Origin: Schmidtea polychroa
Lineage: Eukaryota
Length of the DNA: 64,000 nucleotides
Direction of reading: 5' to 3'
Assembly: GCA_044892525.1 (NCBI GenBank)
Contig: CM097885.1
Coordinates: 50,656,001-50,720,000 of the forward strand
Below are positions 36,103-50,901 of this stretch, in pieces (position 1 is the stretch's first letter; each line of letters begins with the position of its first letter). The translations under genes were made by a program, and so were the position numbers. The notes under the pieces are model-generated. The model was not told the DNA's origin, made no database searches, and saw nothing but the letters and a program-made list of their open reading frames with translations.

Positions 36103-36997
36103 TGTTATGATTAATTGTATTAGGTTTTTAATTATATATTTATTGTAATAATCATTGTAATATTTATTTAATTAAATTGTATTTTCTTAAATTTAATTGG
36201 TTTCAAATATATATTTTTTAATTTTAAGAAAACGCCAATCAAACATTCTTTTCACAATGTATTTCGACAGTTTTCCTGTCATCATCAGGTAGGATATAAT
36301 AACTATATCAATTAAGGATTTTTAACAAATTTATTAATTTTATTGATTATATAAAATAATTTTTAATAAAAATATTTCATTCTTTTTCAAAATTATAATT
36401 AAAATAATATATTGTATTTTAAATTTTAACATTTAGAATTTAATATAATAATTTTATAAATTATCAATTATTTAATTTAACAATACAATATACAAAAACC
36501 TATTTAAAAACATTTTAAACACAAGTATTCACTGAATTCTGCACATTAAACGGTTTTTTGTAAATTGCTTTAGTTTTCAAAAAAGAAGGTCAACGATTTT
36601 GAAGGTATTTGCTACTAATAATGAGATTTATTCTATGTGAATATGTTACTCATTTAGAAACCAGATAAACATGCACAGTTCGCAATTTTCTGTTAAATTA
36701 AAGTAATAATTTTTAAATAAGTAAATTAATATAAAAAAAAGTTAAAGTTAAAAATTTTAAATTAAAGTAAATTAATAAATAAAAGTAAGCAAGATTTTTA
36801 AATTTATTAACAAAAAGATTGAATAACCACAAACATTTTGAGAAATTTAATTTTTTAATAGAAATTTTAATGGAATATTTTTTTAGTCAATTTTTGTAAA
36901 AACATTTTATGAAATATTTTCTTAAGAAAATTTTTAATAGAAATTTTAATGGAATAATTTTGAAAGACAAATTTAAATGCAAATTTCAAAGATAATG

Positions 36998-37039
<42 letters not shown>

Positions 37040-37629
37040 GTAATAATAGTAATAATAATAGTAATAATAATAATAATTTTAATAATAATAATAATAATTA
37101 TATTAATAATAATAATAATAATAATAATAATTGGTCGAGGCTATGAACTTTTCATAGATCTCTTCATACATTTATTGGTTAGAGGTTTGACCTTATGTAA
37201 CCTTTGGAAATTCGTTATATCGATACATTTAAAACCACTACAAAACAAGCACTTTTAATATTCATCAAGATTAGTGTCGAAATAATTTATTTATGCCTAA
37301 ATGCTATTTTAAAGCATTTTACCCATATACTATTGTAATCTGTTTCGTATATTTTATATATTTTTTAATTTAATTTAATTTATTTAAGTATATTACGTAT
37401 ATTTTTACTTTTTTATCAAAACAATTTAATTAAAAATTGCTTTTATTTATTAAACAATGTTGAATTAAATTATTTTTAATAATAAAAACTTTAATATTTT
37501 GGATTATTTAAATGTTAAAAAATAAATATTATAATGTAATAATATGAAAAAGTGACAAAAAATAAACGCAAAACATAATTAGAAATTTTTAAAAGGCAAA
37601 CTTAAAGAGAACTAAGGATGTGCAAAAAT

Positions 37630-38205
37630 TTAATAAAAATATTCAGTAATGGGATAAAGTAACAAGGATATAAACACTCCCCAAAATAAACCTAAAATCA
37701 CTTGACGAAATAAAGTTGGTTTATTTCTATTTTCATTTGTTTTATTATGAACTTCATTTACTATTTTTTTCTCAGGTAAACATTTTTCAGTTTTAAGGTT
37801 AAGATTTTTGTTTATTAAATTTATTTCTTTTTCTGTCATAACTTTACACATTGTGCACAATTCATATGTTTTATCAAGTCGACTTTTGTATTCATGATAA
37901 TCTTGTTTGAATGTGATGGAAGATTTCGGAGAAAATTTATTTAGAAGTGTTACATATTTTGATTGTTTGTCAATACAATTTTTACACAATATTGATGAAG
38001 TGGTTTTAATTAAGGTTTGACGCTTGAAAGGTCTTGAATTTAGATTTTCGTCAAACTGTTCAACAATTGTTTTGTTATAATCTCCATTTTCATTGAATCC
38101 ATTATATTGATGACAATGAGGACAAGTGAAAGAATTTCTTTTAAACACTTTTGTATTTTTTGCACAGAACCAGCAATTGACAAGCACTTTTATTTGAGAA
38201 TTCAT
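37630..38205 (-). CDS. TMEM201: Truncated TMEM201/Ima1_N+TM ORF, array copy 7
   Basis: Identical 191-aa protein. Confidence 0.85.
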   Translation of the reverse strand: MNSQIKVLVNCWFCAKNTKVFKRNSFTCPHCHQYNGFNENGDYNKTIVEQFDENLNSRPFKRQTLIKTTSSILCKNCIDKQSKYVTLLNKFSPKSSITFKQDYHEYKSRLDKTYELCTMCKVMTEKEINLINKNLNLKTEKCLPEKKIVNEVHNKTNENRNKPTLFRQVILGLFWGVFISLLLYPITEYFY

Positions 38206-39094
38206 TGTTATGATTAATTGTATTAGGTTTTTAATTATATATTTATTGTAATAATCATTGTAATATTTATTTAATTAAATTGTATTTTCTTAAATTTAAT
38301 TGGTTTCAAATATATATTTTTTAATTTTAAGAAAACGCCAATCAAACATTCTTTTCACAATGTATTTCGACAGTTTTCCTGTCATCATCAGGTAGGATAT
38401 AATAACTATATCAATTAAGGATTTTTAACAAATTTATTAATTTTATTGATTATATAAAATAATTTTTAATAAAAATATTTCATTCTTTTTCAAAATTATA
38501 ATTAAAATAATATATTGTATTTTAAATTTTAACATTTAGAATTTAATATAATAATTTTATAAATTATCAATTATTTAATTTAACAATACAATATACAAAA
38601 ACCTATTTAAAAACATTTTAAACACAAGTATTCACTGAATTCTGCACATTAAACGGTTTTTTGTAAATTGCTTTAGTTTTCAAAAAAGAAGGTCAACGAT
38701 TTTGAAGGTATTTGCTACTAATAATGAGATTTATTCTATGTGAATATGTTACTCATTTAGAAACCAGATAAACATGCACAGTTCGCAATTTTCTGTTAAA
38801 TTAAAGTAATAATTTTTAAATAAGTAAATTAATATAAAAAAAAGTTAAAGTTAAAAATTTTAAATTAAAGTAAATTAATAAATAAAAGTAAGCAAGATTT
38901 TTAAATTTATTAACAAAAAGATTGAATAACCACAAACATTTTGAGAAATTTAATTTTTTAATAGAAATTTTAATGGAATATTTTTTTAGTCAATTTTTGT
39001 AAAAACATTTTATGAAATATTTTCTTAAGAAAATTTTTAATAGAAATTTTAATGGAATAATTTTGAAAGACAAATTTAAATGCAAATTTCAAAG

Positions 39095-39157
<63 letters not shown>

Positions 39158-39219
39158 GTAATAATAGTAATAATAATAGTAATAATAATAATAATTTTAA
39201 TAATAATAATAATAATTAT

Positions 39220-39252
<33 letters not shown>

Positions 39253-39750
39253 TGGTCGAGGCTATGAACTTTTCATAGATCTCTTCATACATTTATTGGT
39301 TAGAGGTTTGACCTTATGTAACCTTTGGAAATTCGTTATATCGATACATTTAAAACCACTACAAAACAAGCACTTTTAATATTCATCAAGATTAGTGTCG
39401 AAATAATTTATTTATGCCTAAATGCTATTTTAAAGCATTTTACCCATATACTATTGTAATCTGTTTCGTATATTTTATATATTTTTTAATTTAATTTAAT
39501 TTATTTAAGTATATTACGTATATTTTTACTTTTTTATCAAAACAATTTAATTAAAAATTGCTTTTATTTATTAAACAATGTTGAATTAAATTATTTTTAA
39601 TAATAAAAACTTTAATATTTTGGATTATTTAAATGTTAAAAAATAAATATTATAATGTAATAATATGAAAAAGTGACAAAAAATAAACGCAAAACATAAT
39701 TAGAAATTTTTAAAAGGCAAACTTAAAGAGAACTAAGGATGTGCAAAAAT

Positions 39751-40326
39751 TTAATAAAAATATTCAGTAATGGGATAAAGTAACAAGGATATAAACACTC
39801 CCCAAAATAAACCTAAAATCACTTGACGAAATAAAGTTGGTTTATTTCTATTTTCATTTGTTTTATTATGAACTTCATTTACTATTTTTTTCTCAGGTAA
39901 ACATTTTTCAGTTTTAAGGTTAAGATTTTTGTTTATTAAATTTATTTCTTTTTCTGTCATAACTTTACACATTGTGCACAATTCATATGTTTTATCAAGT
40001 CGACTTTTGTATTCATGATAATCTTGTTTGAATGTGATGGAAGATTTCGGAGAAAATTTATTTAGAAGTGTTACATATTTTGATTGTTTGTCAATACAAT
40101 TTTTACACAATATTGATGAAGTGGTTTTAATTAAGGTTTGACGCTTGAAAGGTCTTGAATTTAGATTTTCGTCAAACTGTTCAACAATTGTTTTGTTATA
40201 ATCTCCATTTTCATTGAATCCATTATATTGATGACAATGAGGACAAGTGAAAGAATTTCTTTTAAACACTTTTGTATTTTTTGCACAGAACCAGCAATTG
40301 ACAAGCACTTTTATTTGAGAATTCAT
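39751..40326 (-). CDS. TMEM201: Truncated TMEM201/Ima1_N+TM ORF, array copy 8
   Basis: Identical 191-aa protein. Confidence 0.85.
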   Translation of the reverse strand: MNSQIKVLVNCWFCAKNTKVFKRNSFTCPHCHQYNGFNENGDYNKTIVEQFDENLNSRPFKRQTLIKTTSSILCKNCIDKQSKYVTLLNKFSPKSSITFKQDYHEYKSRLDKTYELCTMCKVMTEKEINLINKNLNLKTEKCLPEKKIVNEVHNKTNENRNKPTLFRQVILGLFWGVFISLLLYPITEYFY

Positions 40327-41215
40327 TGTTATGATTAATTGTATTAGGTTTTTAATTATATATTTATTGTAATAATCATTGTAATATTTATTTAATTAAA
40401 TTGTATTTTCTTAAATTTAATTGGTTTCAAATATATATTTTTTAATTTTAAGAAAACGCCAATCAAACATTCTTTTCACAATGTATTTCGACAGTTTTCC
40501 TGTCATCATCAGGTAGGATATAATAACTATATCAATTAAGGATTTTTAACAAATTTATTAATTTTATTGATTATATAAAATAATTTTTAATAAAAATATT
40601 TCATTCTTTTTCAAAATTATAATTAAAATAATATATTGTATTTTAAATTTTAACATTTAGAATTTAATATAATAATTTTATAAATTATCAATTATTTAAT
40701 TTAACAATACAATATACAAAAACCTATTTAAAAACATTTTAAACACAAGTATTCACTGAATTCTGCACATTAAACGGTTTTTTGTAAATTGCTTTAGTTT
40801 TCAAAAAAGAAGGTCAACGATTTTGAAGGTATTTGCTACTAATAATGAGATTTATTCTATGTGAATATGTTACTCATTTAGAAACCAGATAAACATGCAC
40901 AGTTCGCAATTTTCTGTTAAATTAAAGTAATAATTTTTAAATAAGTAAATTAATATAAAAAAAAGTTAAAGTTAAAAATTTTAAATTAAAGTAAATTAAT
41001 AAATAAAAGTAAGCAAGATTTTTAAATTTATTAACAAAAAGATTGAATAACCACAAACATTTTGAGAAATTTAATTTTTTAATAGAAATTTTAATGGAAT
41101 ATTTTTTTAGTCAATTTTTGTAAAAACATTTTATGAAATATTTTCTTAAGAAAATTTTTAATAGAAATTTTAATGGAATAATTTTGAAAGACAAATTTAA
41201 ATGCAAATTTCAAAG

Positions 41216-41287
<72 letters not shown>

Positions 41288-41877
41288 GTAATAATAGTAA
41301 TAATAATAGTAATAATAATAATAATTTTAATAATAATAATAATAATTATATTAATAATAATAATAATAATAATAATAATTGGTCGAGGCTATGAACTTTT
41401 CATAGATCTCTTCATACATTTATTGGTTAGAGGTTTGACCTTATGTAACCTTTGGAAATTCGTTATATCGATACATTTAAAACCACTACAAAACAAGCAC
41501 TTTTAATATTCATCAAGATTAGTGTCGAAATAATTTATTTATGCCTAAATGCTATTTTAAAGCATTTTACCCATATACTATTGTAATCTGTTTCGTATAT
41601 TTTATATATTTTTTAATTTAATTTAATTTATTTAAGTATATTACGTATATTTTTACTTTTTTATCAAAACAATTTAATTAAAAATTGCTTTTATTTATTA
41701 AACAATGTTGAATTAAATTATTTTTAATAATAAAAACTTTAATATTTTGGATTATTTAAATGTTAAAAAATAAATATTATAATGTAATAATATGAAAAAG
41801 TGACAAAAAATAAACGCAAAACATAATTAGAAATTTTTAAAAGGCAAACTTAAAGAGAACTAAGGATGTGCAAAAAT

Positions 41878-42453
41878 TTAATAAAAATATTCAGTAATGG
41901 GATAAAGTAACAAGGATATAAACACTCCCCAAAATAAACCTAAAATCACTTGACGAAATAAAGTTGGTTTATTTCTATTTTCATTTGTTTTATTATGAAC
42001 TTCATTTACTATTTTTTTCTCAGGTAAACATTTTTCAGTTTTAAGGTTAAGATTTTTGTTTATTAAATTTATTTCTTTTTCTGTCATAACTTTACACATT
42101 GTGCACAATTCATATGTTTTATCAAGTCGACTTTTGTATTCATGATAATCTTGTTTGAATGTGATGGAAGATTTCGGAGAAAATTTATTTAGAAGTGTTA
42201 CATATTTTGATTGTTTGTCAATACAATTTTTACACAATATTGATGAAGTGGTTTTAATTAAGGTTTGACGCTTGAAAGGTCTTGAATTTAGATTTTCGTC
42301 AAACTGTTCAACAATTGTTTTGTTATAATCTCCATTTTCATTGAATCCATTATATTGATGACAATGAGGACAAGTGAAAGAATTTCTTTTAAACACTTTT
42401 GTATTTTTTGCACAGAACCAGCAATTGACAAGCACTTTTATTTGAGAATTCAT
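41878..42453 (-). CDS. TMEM201: Truncated TMEM201/Ima1_N+TM ORF, array copy 9
   Basis: Identical 191-aa protein. Confidence 0.85.
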   Translation of the reverse strand: MNSQIKVLVNCWFCAKNTKVFKRNSFTCPHCHQYNGFNENGDYNKTIVEQFDENLNSRPFKRQTLIKTTSSILCKNCIDKQSKYVTLLNKFSPKSSITFKQDYHEYKSRLDKTYELCTMCKVMTEKEINLINKNLNLKTEKCLPEKKIVNEVHNKTNENRNKPTLFRQVILGLFWGVFISLLLYPITEYFY

Positions 42454-43342
42454 TGTTATGATTAATTGTATTAGGTTTTTAATTATATATTTATTGTAAT
42501 AATCATTGTAATATTTATTTAATTAAATTGTATTTTCTTAAATTTAATTGGTTTCAAATATATATTTTTTAATTTTAAGAAAACGCCAATCAAACATTCT
42601 TTTCACAATGTATTTCGACAGTTTTCCTGTCATCATCAGGTAGGATATAATAACTATATCAATTAAGGATTTTTAACAAATTTATTAATTTTATTGATTA
42701 TATAAAATAATTTTTAATAAAAATATTTCATTCTTTTTCAAAATTATAATTAAAATAATATATTGTATTTTAAATTTTAACATTTAGAATTTAATATAAT
42801 AATTTTATAAATTATCAATTATTTAATTTAACAATACAATATACAAAAACCTATTTAAAAACATTTTAAACACAAGTATTCACTGAATTCTGCACATTAA
42901 ACGGTTTTTTGTAAATTGCTTTAGTTTTCAAAAAAGAAGGTCAACGATTTTGAAGGTATTTGCTACTAATAATGAGATTTATTCTATGTGAATATGTTAC
43001 TCATTTAGAAACCAGATAAACATGCACAGTTCGCAATTTTCTGTTAAATTAAAGTAATAATTTTTAAATAAGTAAATTAATATAAAAAAAAGTTAAAGTT
43101 AAAAATTTTAAATTAAAGTAAATTAATAAATAAAAGTAAGCAAGATTTTTAAATTTATTAACAAAAAGATTGAATAACCACAAACATTTTGAGAAATTTA
43201 ATTTTTTAATAGAAATTTTAATGGAATATTTTTTTAGTCAATTTTTGTAAAAACATTTTATGAAATATTTTCTTAAGAAAATTTTTAATAGAAATTTTAA
43301 TGGAATAATTTTGAAAGACAAATTTAAATGCAAATTTCAAAG

Positions 43343-43408
<66 letters not shown>

Positions 43409-43998
43409 GTAATAATAGTAATAATAATAGTAATAATAATAATAATTTTAATAATAATAATAATAATTATATTAATAATAATAATAATAATAATAATAAT
43501 TGGTCGAGGCTATGAACTTTTCATAGATCTCTTCATACATTTATTGGTTAGAGGTTTGACCTTATGTAACCTTTGGAAATTCGTTATATCGATACATTTA
43601 AAACCACTACAAAACAAGCACTTTTAATATTCATCAAGATTAGTGTCGAAATAATTTATTTATGCCTAAATGCTATTTTAAAGCATTTTACCCATATACT
43701 ATTGTAATCTGTTTCGTATATTTTATATATTTTTTAATTTAATTTAATTTATTTAAGTATATTACGTATATTTTTACTTTTTTATCAAAACAATTTAATT
43801 AAAAATTGCTTTTATTTATTAAACAATGTTGAATTAAATTATTTTTAATAATAAAAACTTTAATATTTTGGATTATTTAAATGTTAAAAAATAAATATTA
43901 TAATGTAATAATATGAAAAAGTGACAAAAAATAAACGCAAAACATAATTAGAAATTTTTAAAAGGCAAACTTAAAGAGAACTAAGGATGTGCAAAAAT

Positions 43999-44574
43999 TT
44001 AATAAAAATATTCAGTAATGGGATAAAGTAACAAGGATATAAACACTCCCCAAAATAAACCTAAAATCACTTGACGAAATAAAGTTGGTTTATTTCTATT
44101 TTCATTTGTTTTATTATGAACTTCATTTACTATTTTTTTCTCAGGTAAACATTTTTCAGTTTTAAGGTTAAGATTTTTGTTTATTAAATTTATTTCTTTT
44201 TCTGTCATAACTTTACACATTGTGCACAATTCATATGTTTTATCAAGTCGACTTTTGTATTCATGATAATCTTGTTTGAATGTGATGGAAGATTTCGGAG
44301 AAAATTTATTTAGAAGTGTTACATATTTTGATTGTTTGTCAATACAATTTTTACACAATATTGATGAAGTGGTTTTAATTAAGGTTTGACGCTTGAAAGG
44401 TCTTGAATTTAGATTTTCGTCAAACTGTTCAACAATTGTTTTGTTATAATCTCCATTTTCATTGAATCCATTATATTGATGACAATGAGGACAAGTGAAA
44501 GAATTTCTTTTAAACACTTTTGTATTTTTTGCACAGAACCAGCAATTGACAAGCACTTTTATTTGAGAATTCAT
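43999..44574 (-). CDS. TMEM201: Truncated TMEM201/Ima1_N+TM ORF, array copy 10
   Basis: Identical 191-aa protein. Confidence 0.85.
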   Translation of the reverse strand: MNSQIKVLVNCWFCAKNTKVFKRNSFTCPHCHQYNGFNENGDYNKTIVEQFDENLNSRPFKRQTLIKTTSSILCKNCIDKQSKYVTLLNKFSPKSSITFKQDYHEYKSRLDKTYELCTMCKVMTEKEINLINKNLNLKTEKCLPEKKIVNEVHNKTNENRNKPTLFRQVILGLFWGVFISLLLYPITEYFY

Positions 44575-45463
44575 TGTTATGATTAATTGTATTAGGTTTT
44601 TAATTATATATTTATTGTAATAATCATTGTAATATTTATTTAATTAAATTGTATTTTCTTAAATTTAATTGGTTTCAAATATATATTTTTTAATTTTAAG
44701 AAAACGCCAATCAAACATTCTTTTCACAATGTATTTCGACAGTTTTCCTGTCATCATCAGGTAGGATATAATAACTATATCAATTAAGGATTTTTAACAA
44801 ATTTATTAATTTTATTGATTATATAAAATAATTTTTAATAAAAATATTTCATTCTTTTTCAAAATTATAATTAAAATAATATATTGTATTTTAAATTTTA
44901 ACATTTAGAATTTAATATAATAATTTTATAAATTATCAATTATTTAATTTAACAATACAATATACAAAAACCTATTTAAAAACATTTTAAACACAAGTAT
45001 TCACTGAATTCTGCACATTAAACGGTTTTTTGTAAATTGCTTTAGTTTTCAAAAAAGAAGGTCAACGATTTTGAAGGTATTTGCTACTAATAATGAGATT
45101 TATTCTATGTGAATATGTTACTCATTTAGAAACCAGATAAACATGCACAGTTCGCAATTTTCTGTTAAATTAAAGTAATAATTTTTAAATAAGTAAATTA
45201 ATATAAAAAAAAGTTAAAGTTAAAAATTTTAAATTAAAGTAAATTAATAAATAAAAGTAAGCAAGATTTTTAAATTTATTAACAAAAAGATTGAATAACC
45301 ACAAACATTTTGAGAAATTTAATTTTTTAATAGAAATTTTAATGGAATATTTTTTTAGTCAATTTTTGTAAAAACATTTTATGAAATATTTTCTTAAGAA
45401 AATTTTTAATAGAAATTTTAATGGAATAATTTTGAAAGACAAATTTAAATGCAAATTTCAAAG

Positions 45464-45511
<48 letters not shown>

Positions 45512-46101
45512 GTAATAATAGTAATAATAATAGTAATAATAATAATAATTTTAATAATAATAATAATAATTATATTAATAATAATAATAATAATAATAAT
45601 AATTGGTCGAGGCTATGAACTTTTCATAGATCTCTTCATACATTTATTGGTTAGAGGTTTGACCTTATGTAACCTTTGGAAATTCGTTATATCGATACAT
45701 TTAAAACCACTACAAAACAAGCACTTTTAATATTCATCAAGATTAGTGTCGAAATAATTTATTTATGCCTAAATGCTATTTTAAAGCATTTTACCCATAT
45801 ACTATTGTAATCTGTTTCGTATATTTTATATATTTTTTAATTTAATTTAATTTATTTAAGTATATTACGTATATTTTTACTTTTTTATCAAAACAATTTA
45901 ATTAAAAATTGCTTTTATTTATTAAACAATGTTGAATTAAATTATTTTTAATAATAAAAACTTTAATATTTTGGATTATTTAAATGTTAAAAAATAAATA
46001 TTATAATGTAATAATATGAAAAAGTGACAAAAAATAAACGCAAAACATAATTAGAAATTTTTAAAAGGCAAACTTAAAGAGAACTAAGGATGTGCAAAAA
46101 T

Positions 46102-46677
46102 TTAATAAAAATATTCAGTAATGGGATAAAGTAACAAGGATATAAACACTCCCCAAAATAAACCTAAAATCACTTGACGAAATAAAGTTGGTTTATTTCT
46201 ATTTTCATTTGTTTTATTATGAACTTCATTTACTATTTTTTTCTCAGGTAAACATTTTTCAGTTTTAAGGTTAAGATTTTTGTTTATTAAATTTATTTCT
46301 TTTTCTGTCATAACTTTACACATTGTGCACAATTCATATGTTTTATCAAGTCGACTTTTGTATTCATGATAATCTTGTTTGAATGTGATGGAAGATTTCG
46401 GAGAAAATTTATTTAGAAGTGTTACATATTTTGATTGTTTGTCAATACAATTTTTACACAATATTGATGAAGTGGTTTTAATTAAGGTTTGACGCTTGAA
46501 AGGTCTTGAATTTAGATTTTCGTCAAACTGTTCAACAATTGTTTTGTTATAATCTCCATTTTCATTGAATCCATTATATTGATGACAATGAGGACAAGTG
46601 AAAGAATTTCTTTTAAACACTTTTGTATTTTTTGCACAGAACCAGCAATTGACAAGCACTTTTATTTGAGAATTCAT
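46102..46677 (-). CDS. TMEM201: Truncated TMEM201/Ima1_N+TM ORF, array copy 11
   Basis: Identical 191-aa protein. Confidence 0.85.
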   Translation of the reverse strand: MNSQIKVLVNCWFCAKNTKVFKRNSFTCPHCHQYNGFNENGDYNKTIVEQFDENLNSRPFKRQTLIKTTSSILCKNCIDKQSKYVTLLNKFSPKSSITFKQDYHEYKSRLDKTYELCTMCKVMTEKEINLINKNLNLKTEKCLPEKKIVNEVHNKTNENRNKPTLFRQVILGLFWGVFISLLLYPITEYFY

Positions 46678-47566
46678 TGTTATGATTAATTGTATTAGGT
46701 TTTTAATTATATATTTATTGTAATAATCATTGTAATATTTATTTAATTAAATTGTATTTTCTTAAATTTAATTGGTTTCAAATATATATTTTTTAATTTT
46801 AAGAAAACGCCAATCAAACATTCTTTTCACAATGTATTTCGACAGTTTTCCTGTCATCATCAGGTAGGATATAATAACTATATCAATTAAGGATTTTTAA
46901 CAAATTTATTAATTTTATTGATTATATAAAATAATTTTTAATAAAAATATTTCATTCTTTTTCAAAATTATAATTAAAATAATATATTGTATTTTAAATT
47001 TTAACATTTAGAATTTAATATAATAATTTTATAAATTATCAATTATTTAATTTAACAATACAATATACAAAAACCTATTTAAAAACATTTTAAACACAAG
47101 TATTCACTGAATTCTGCACATTAAACGGTTTTTTGTAAATTGGTTTAGTTTTCAAAAAAGAAGGTCAACGATTTTGAAGGTATTTGCTACTAATAATGAG
47201 ATTTATTCTATGTGAATATGTTACTCATTTAGAAACCAGATAAACATGCACAGTTCGCAATTTTCTGTTAAATTAAAGTAATAATTTTTAAATAAGTAAA
47301 TTAATATAAAAAAAAGTTAAAGTTAAAAATTTTAAATTAAAGTAAATTAATAAATAAAAGTAAGCAAGATTTTTAAATTTATTAACAAAAAGATTGAATA
47401 ACCACAAACATTTTGAGAAATTTAATTTTTTAATAGAAATTTTAATGGAATATTTTTTTAGTCAATTTTTGTAAAAACATTTTATGAAATATTTTCTTAA
47501 GAAAATTTTTAATAGAAATTTTAATGGAATAATTTTGAAAGACAAATTTAAATGCAAATTTCAAAG

Positions 47567-47611
<45 letters not shown>

Positions 47612-47685
47612 GTAATAATAGTAATAATAATAGTAATAATAATAGTAATAATAATAATAATTTTAATAATAATAATAATAATTAT

Positions 47686-47718
<33 letters not shown>

Positions 47719-48216
47719 TGGTCGAGGCTATGAACTTTTCATAGATCTCTTCATACATTTATTGGTTAGAGGTTTGACCTTATGTAACCTTTGGAAATTC
47801 GTTATATCGATACATTTAAAACCACTACAAAACAAGCACTTTTAATATTCATCAAGATTAGTGTCGAAATAATTTATTTATGCCTAAATGCTATTTTAAA
47901 GCATTTTACCCATATACTATTGTAATCTGTTTCGTATATTTTATATATTTTTTAATTTAATTTAATTTATTTAAGTATATTACGTATATTTTTACTTTTT
48001 TATCAAAACAATTTAATTAAAAATTGCTTTTATTTATTAAACAATGTTGAATTAAATTATTTTTAATAATAAAAACTTTAATATTTTGGATTATTTAAAT
48101 GTTAAAAAATAAATATTATAATGTAATAATATGAAAAAGTGACAAAAAATAAACGCAAAACATAATTAGAAATTTTTAAAAGGCAAACTTAAAGAGAACT
48201 AAGGATGTGCAAAAAT

Positions 48217-48792
48217 TTAATAAAAATATTCAGTAATGGGATAAAGTAACAAGGATATAAACACTCCCCAAAATAAACCTAAAATCACTTGACGAAATAA
48301 AGTTGGTTTATTTCTATTTTCATTTGTTTTATTATGAACTTCATTTACTATTTTTTTCTCAGGTAAACATTTTTCAGTTTTAAGGTTAAGATTTTTGTTT
48401 ATTAAATTTATTTCTTTTTCTGTCATAACTTTACACATTGTGCACAATTCATATGTTTTATCAAGTCGACTTTTGTATTCATGATAATCTTGTTTGAATG
48501 TGATGGAAGATTTCGGAGAAAATTTATTTAGAAGTGTTACATATTTTGATTGTTTGTCAATACAATTTTTACACAATATTGATGAAGTGGTTTTAATTAA
48601 GGTTTGACGCTTGAAAGGTCTTGAATTTAGATTTTCGTCAAACTGTTCAACAATTGTTTTGTTATAATCTCCATTTTCATTGAATCCATTATATTGATGA
48701 CAATGAGGACAAGTGAAAGAATTTCTTTTAAACACTTTTGTATTTTTTGCACAGAACCAGCAATTGACAAGCACTTTTATTTGAGAATTCAT
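48217..48792 (-). CDS. TMEM201: Truncated TMEM201/Ima1_N+TM ORF, array copy 12
   Basis: Identical 191-aa protein. Confidence 0.85.
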   Translation of the reverse strand: MNSQIKVLVNCWFCAKNTKVFKRNSFTCPHCHQYNGFNENGDYNKTIVEQFDENLNSRPFKRQTLIKTTSSILCKNCIDKQSKYVTLLNKFSPKSSITFKQDYHEYKSRLDKTYELCTMCKVMTEKEINLINKNLNLKTEKCLPEKKIVNEVHNKTNENRNKPTLFRQVILGLFWGVFISLLLYPITEYFY

Positions 48793-49681
48793 TGTTATGA
48801 TTAATTGTATTAGGTTTTTAATTATATATTTATTGTAATAATCATTGTAATATTTATTTAATTAAATTGTATTTTCTTAAATTTAATTGGTTTCAAATAT
48901 ATATTTTTTAATTTTAAGAAAACGCCAATCAAACATTCTTTTCACAATGTATTTCGACAGTTTTCCTGTCATCATCAGGTAGGATATAATAACTATATCA
49001 ATTAAGGATTTTTAACAAATTTATTAATTTTATTGATTATATAAAATAATTTTTAATAAAAATATTTCATTCTTTTTCAAAATTATAATTAAAATAATAT
49101 ATTGTATTTTAAATTTTAACATTTAGAATTTAATATAATAATTTTATAAATTATCAATTATTTAATTTAACAATACAATATACAAAAACCTATTTAAAAA
49201 CATTTTAAACACAAGTATTCGCTGAATTCTGCACATTAAACGGTTTTTTGTAAATTGGTTTAGTTTTCAAAAAAGAAGGTCAACGATTTTGAAGGTATTT
49301 GCTACTAATAATGAGATTTATTCTATGTGAATATGTTACTCATTTAGAAACCAGATAAACATGCACAGTTCGCAATTTTCTGTTAAATTAAAGTAATAAT
49401 TTTTAAATAAGTAAATTAATATAAAAAAAAGTTAAAGTTAAAAATTTTTAATTAAAGTAAATTAATAAATAAAAGTAAGCAAGATTTTTAAATTTATTAA
49501 CAAAAAGATTGAATAACCACAAACATTTTGAGAAATTTAATTTTTTAATAGAAATTTTAATGGAATATTTTTTTAGTCAATTTTTGTAAAAACATTTTAT
49601 GAAATATTTTCTTAAGAAAATTTTTAATAGAAATTTTAATGGAATAATTTTGAAAGACAAATTTAAATGCAAATTTCAAAG

Positions 49682-49735
<54 letters not shown>

Positions 49736-50325
49736 GTAATAATAGTAATAATAATAGTAATAATAATAATAATTTTAATAATAATAATAATAATTATATT
49801 AATTATAATAATAATAATAATAATAATTGGTCGAGGCTATGAACTTTTCATAGATCTCTTCATACATTTATTGGTTAGAGGTTTGACCTTATGTAACCTT
49901 TGGAAATTCGTTATATCGATACATTTAAAACCACTACAAAACAAGCACTTTTAATATTCATCAAGATTAGTGTCGAAATAATTTATTTATGCCTAAATGC
50001 TATTTTAAAGCATTTTACCCATATACTATTGTAATCTGTTTCGTATATTTTATATATTTTTTAATTTAATTTAATTTATTTAAGTATATTACGTATATTT
50101 TTACACTTTTATCAAAACAATTTAATTAAAAATTGCTTTTATTTATTAAACAATGTTGAATTAAATTATTTTTAATAATAAAAACTTTAATATTTTGGAT
50201 TATTTAAATGTTAAAAAATAAATATTATAATGTAATAATATGAAAAAGTGACAAAAAATAAACGCAAAACATAATTAGAAATTTTTAAAAGGCAAACTTA
50301 AAGAGAACTAAGGATGTGCAAAAAT

Positions 50326-50901
50326 TTAATAAAAATATTCAGTAATGGGATAAAGTAACAAGGATATAAACACTCCCCAAAATAAACCTAAAATCACTTG
50401 ACGAAATAAAGTTGGTTTATTTCTATTTTCATTTGTTTTATTATGAACTTCATTTACTATTTTTTTCTCAGGTAAACATTTTTCAGTTTTAAGGTTAAGA
50501 TTTTTGTTTATTAAATTTATTTCTTTTTCTGTCATAACTTTACACATTGTGCACAATTCATATGTTTTATCAAGTCGACTTTTGTATTCATGATAATCTT
50601 GTTTGAATGTGATGGAAGATTTCGGAGAAAATTTATTTAGAAGTGTTACATATTTTGATTGTTTGTCAATACAATTTTTACACAATATTGATGAAGTGGT
50701 TTTAATTAAGGTTTGACGCTTGAAAGGTCTTGAATTTAGATTTTCGTCAAACTGTTCAACAATTGTTTTGTTATAATCTCCATTTTCATTGAATCCATTA
50801 TATTGATGACAATGAGGACAAGTGAAAGAATTTCTTTTAAACACTTTTGTATTTTTTGCACAGAACCAGCAATTGACAAGCACTTTTATTTGAGAATTCA
50901 T
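50326..50901 (-). CDS. TMEM201: Truncated TMEM201/Ima1_N+TM ORF, array copy 13
   Basis: Identical 191-aa protein. Confidence 0.85.
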   Translation of the reverse strand: MNSQIKVLVNCWFCAKNTKVFKRNSFTCPHCHQYNGFNENGDYNKTIVEQFDENLNSRPFKRQTLIKTTSSILCKNCIDKQSKYVTLLNKFSPKSSITFKQDYHEYKSRLDKTYELCTMCKVMTEKEINLINKNLNLKTEKCLPEKKIVNEVHNKTNENRNKPTLFRQVILGLFWGVFISLLLYPITEYFY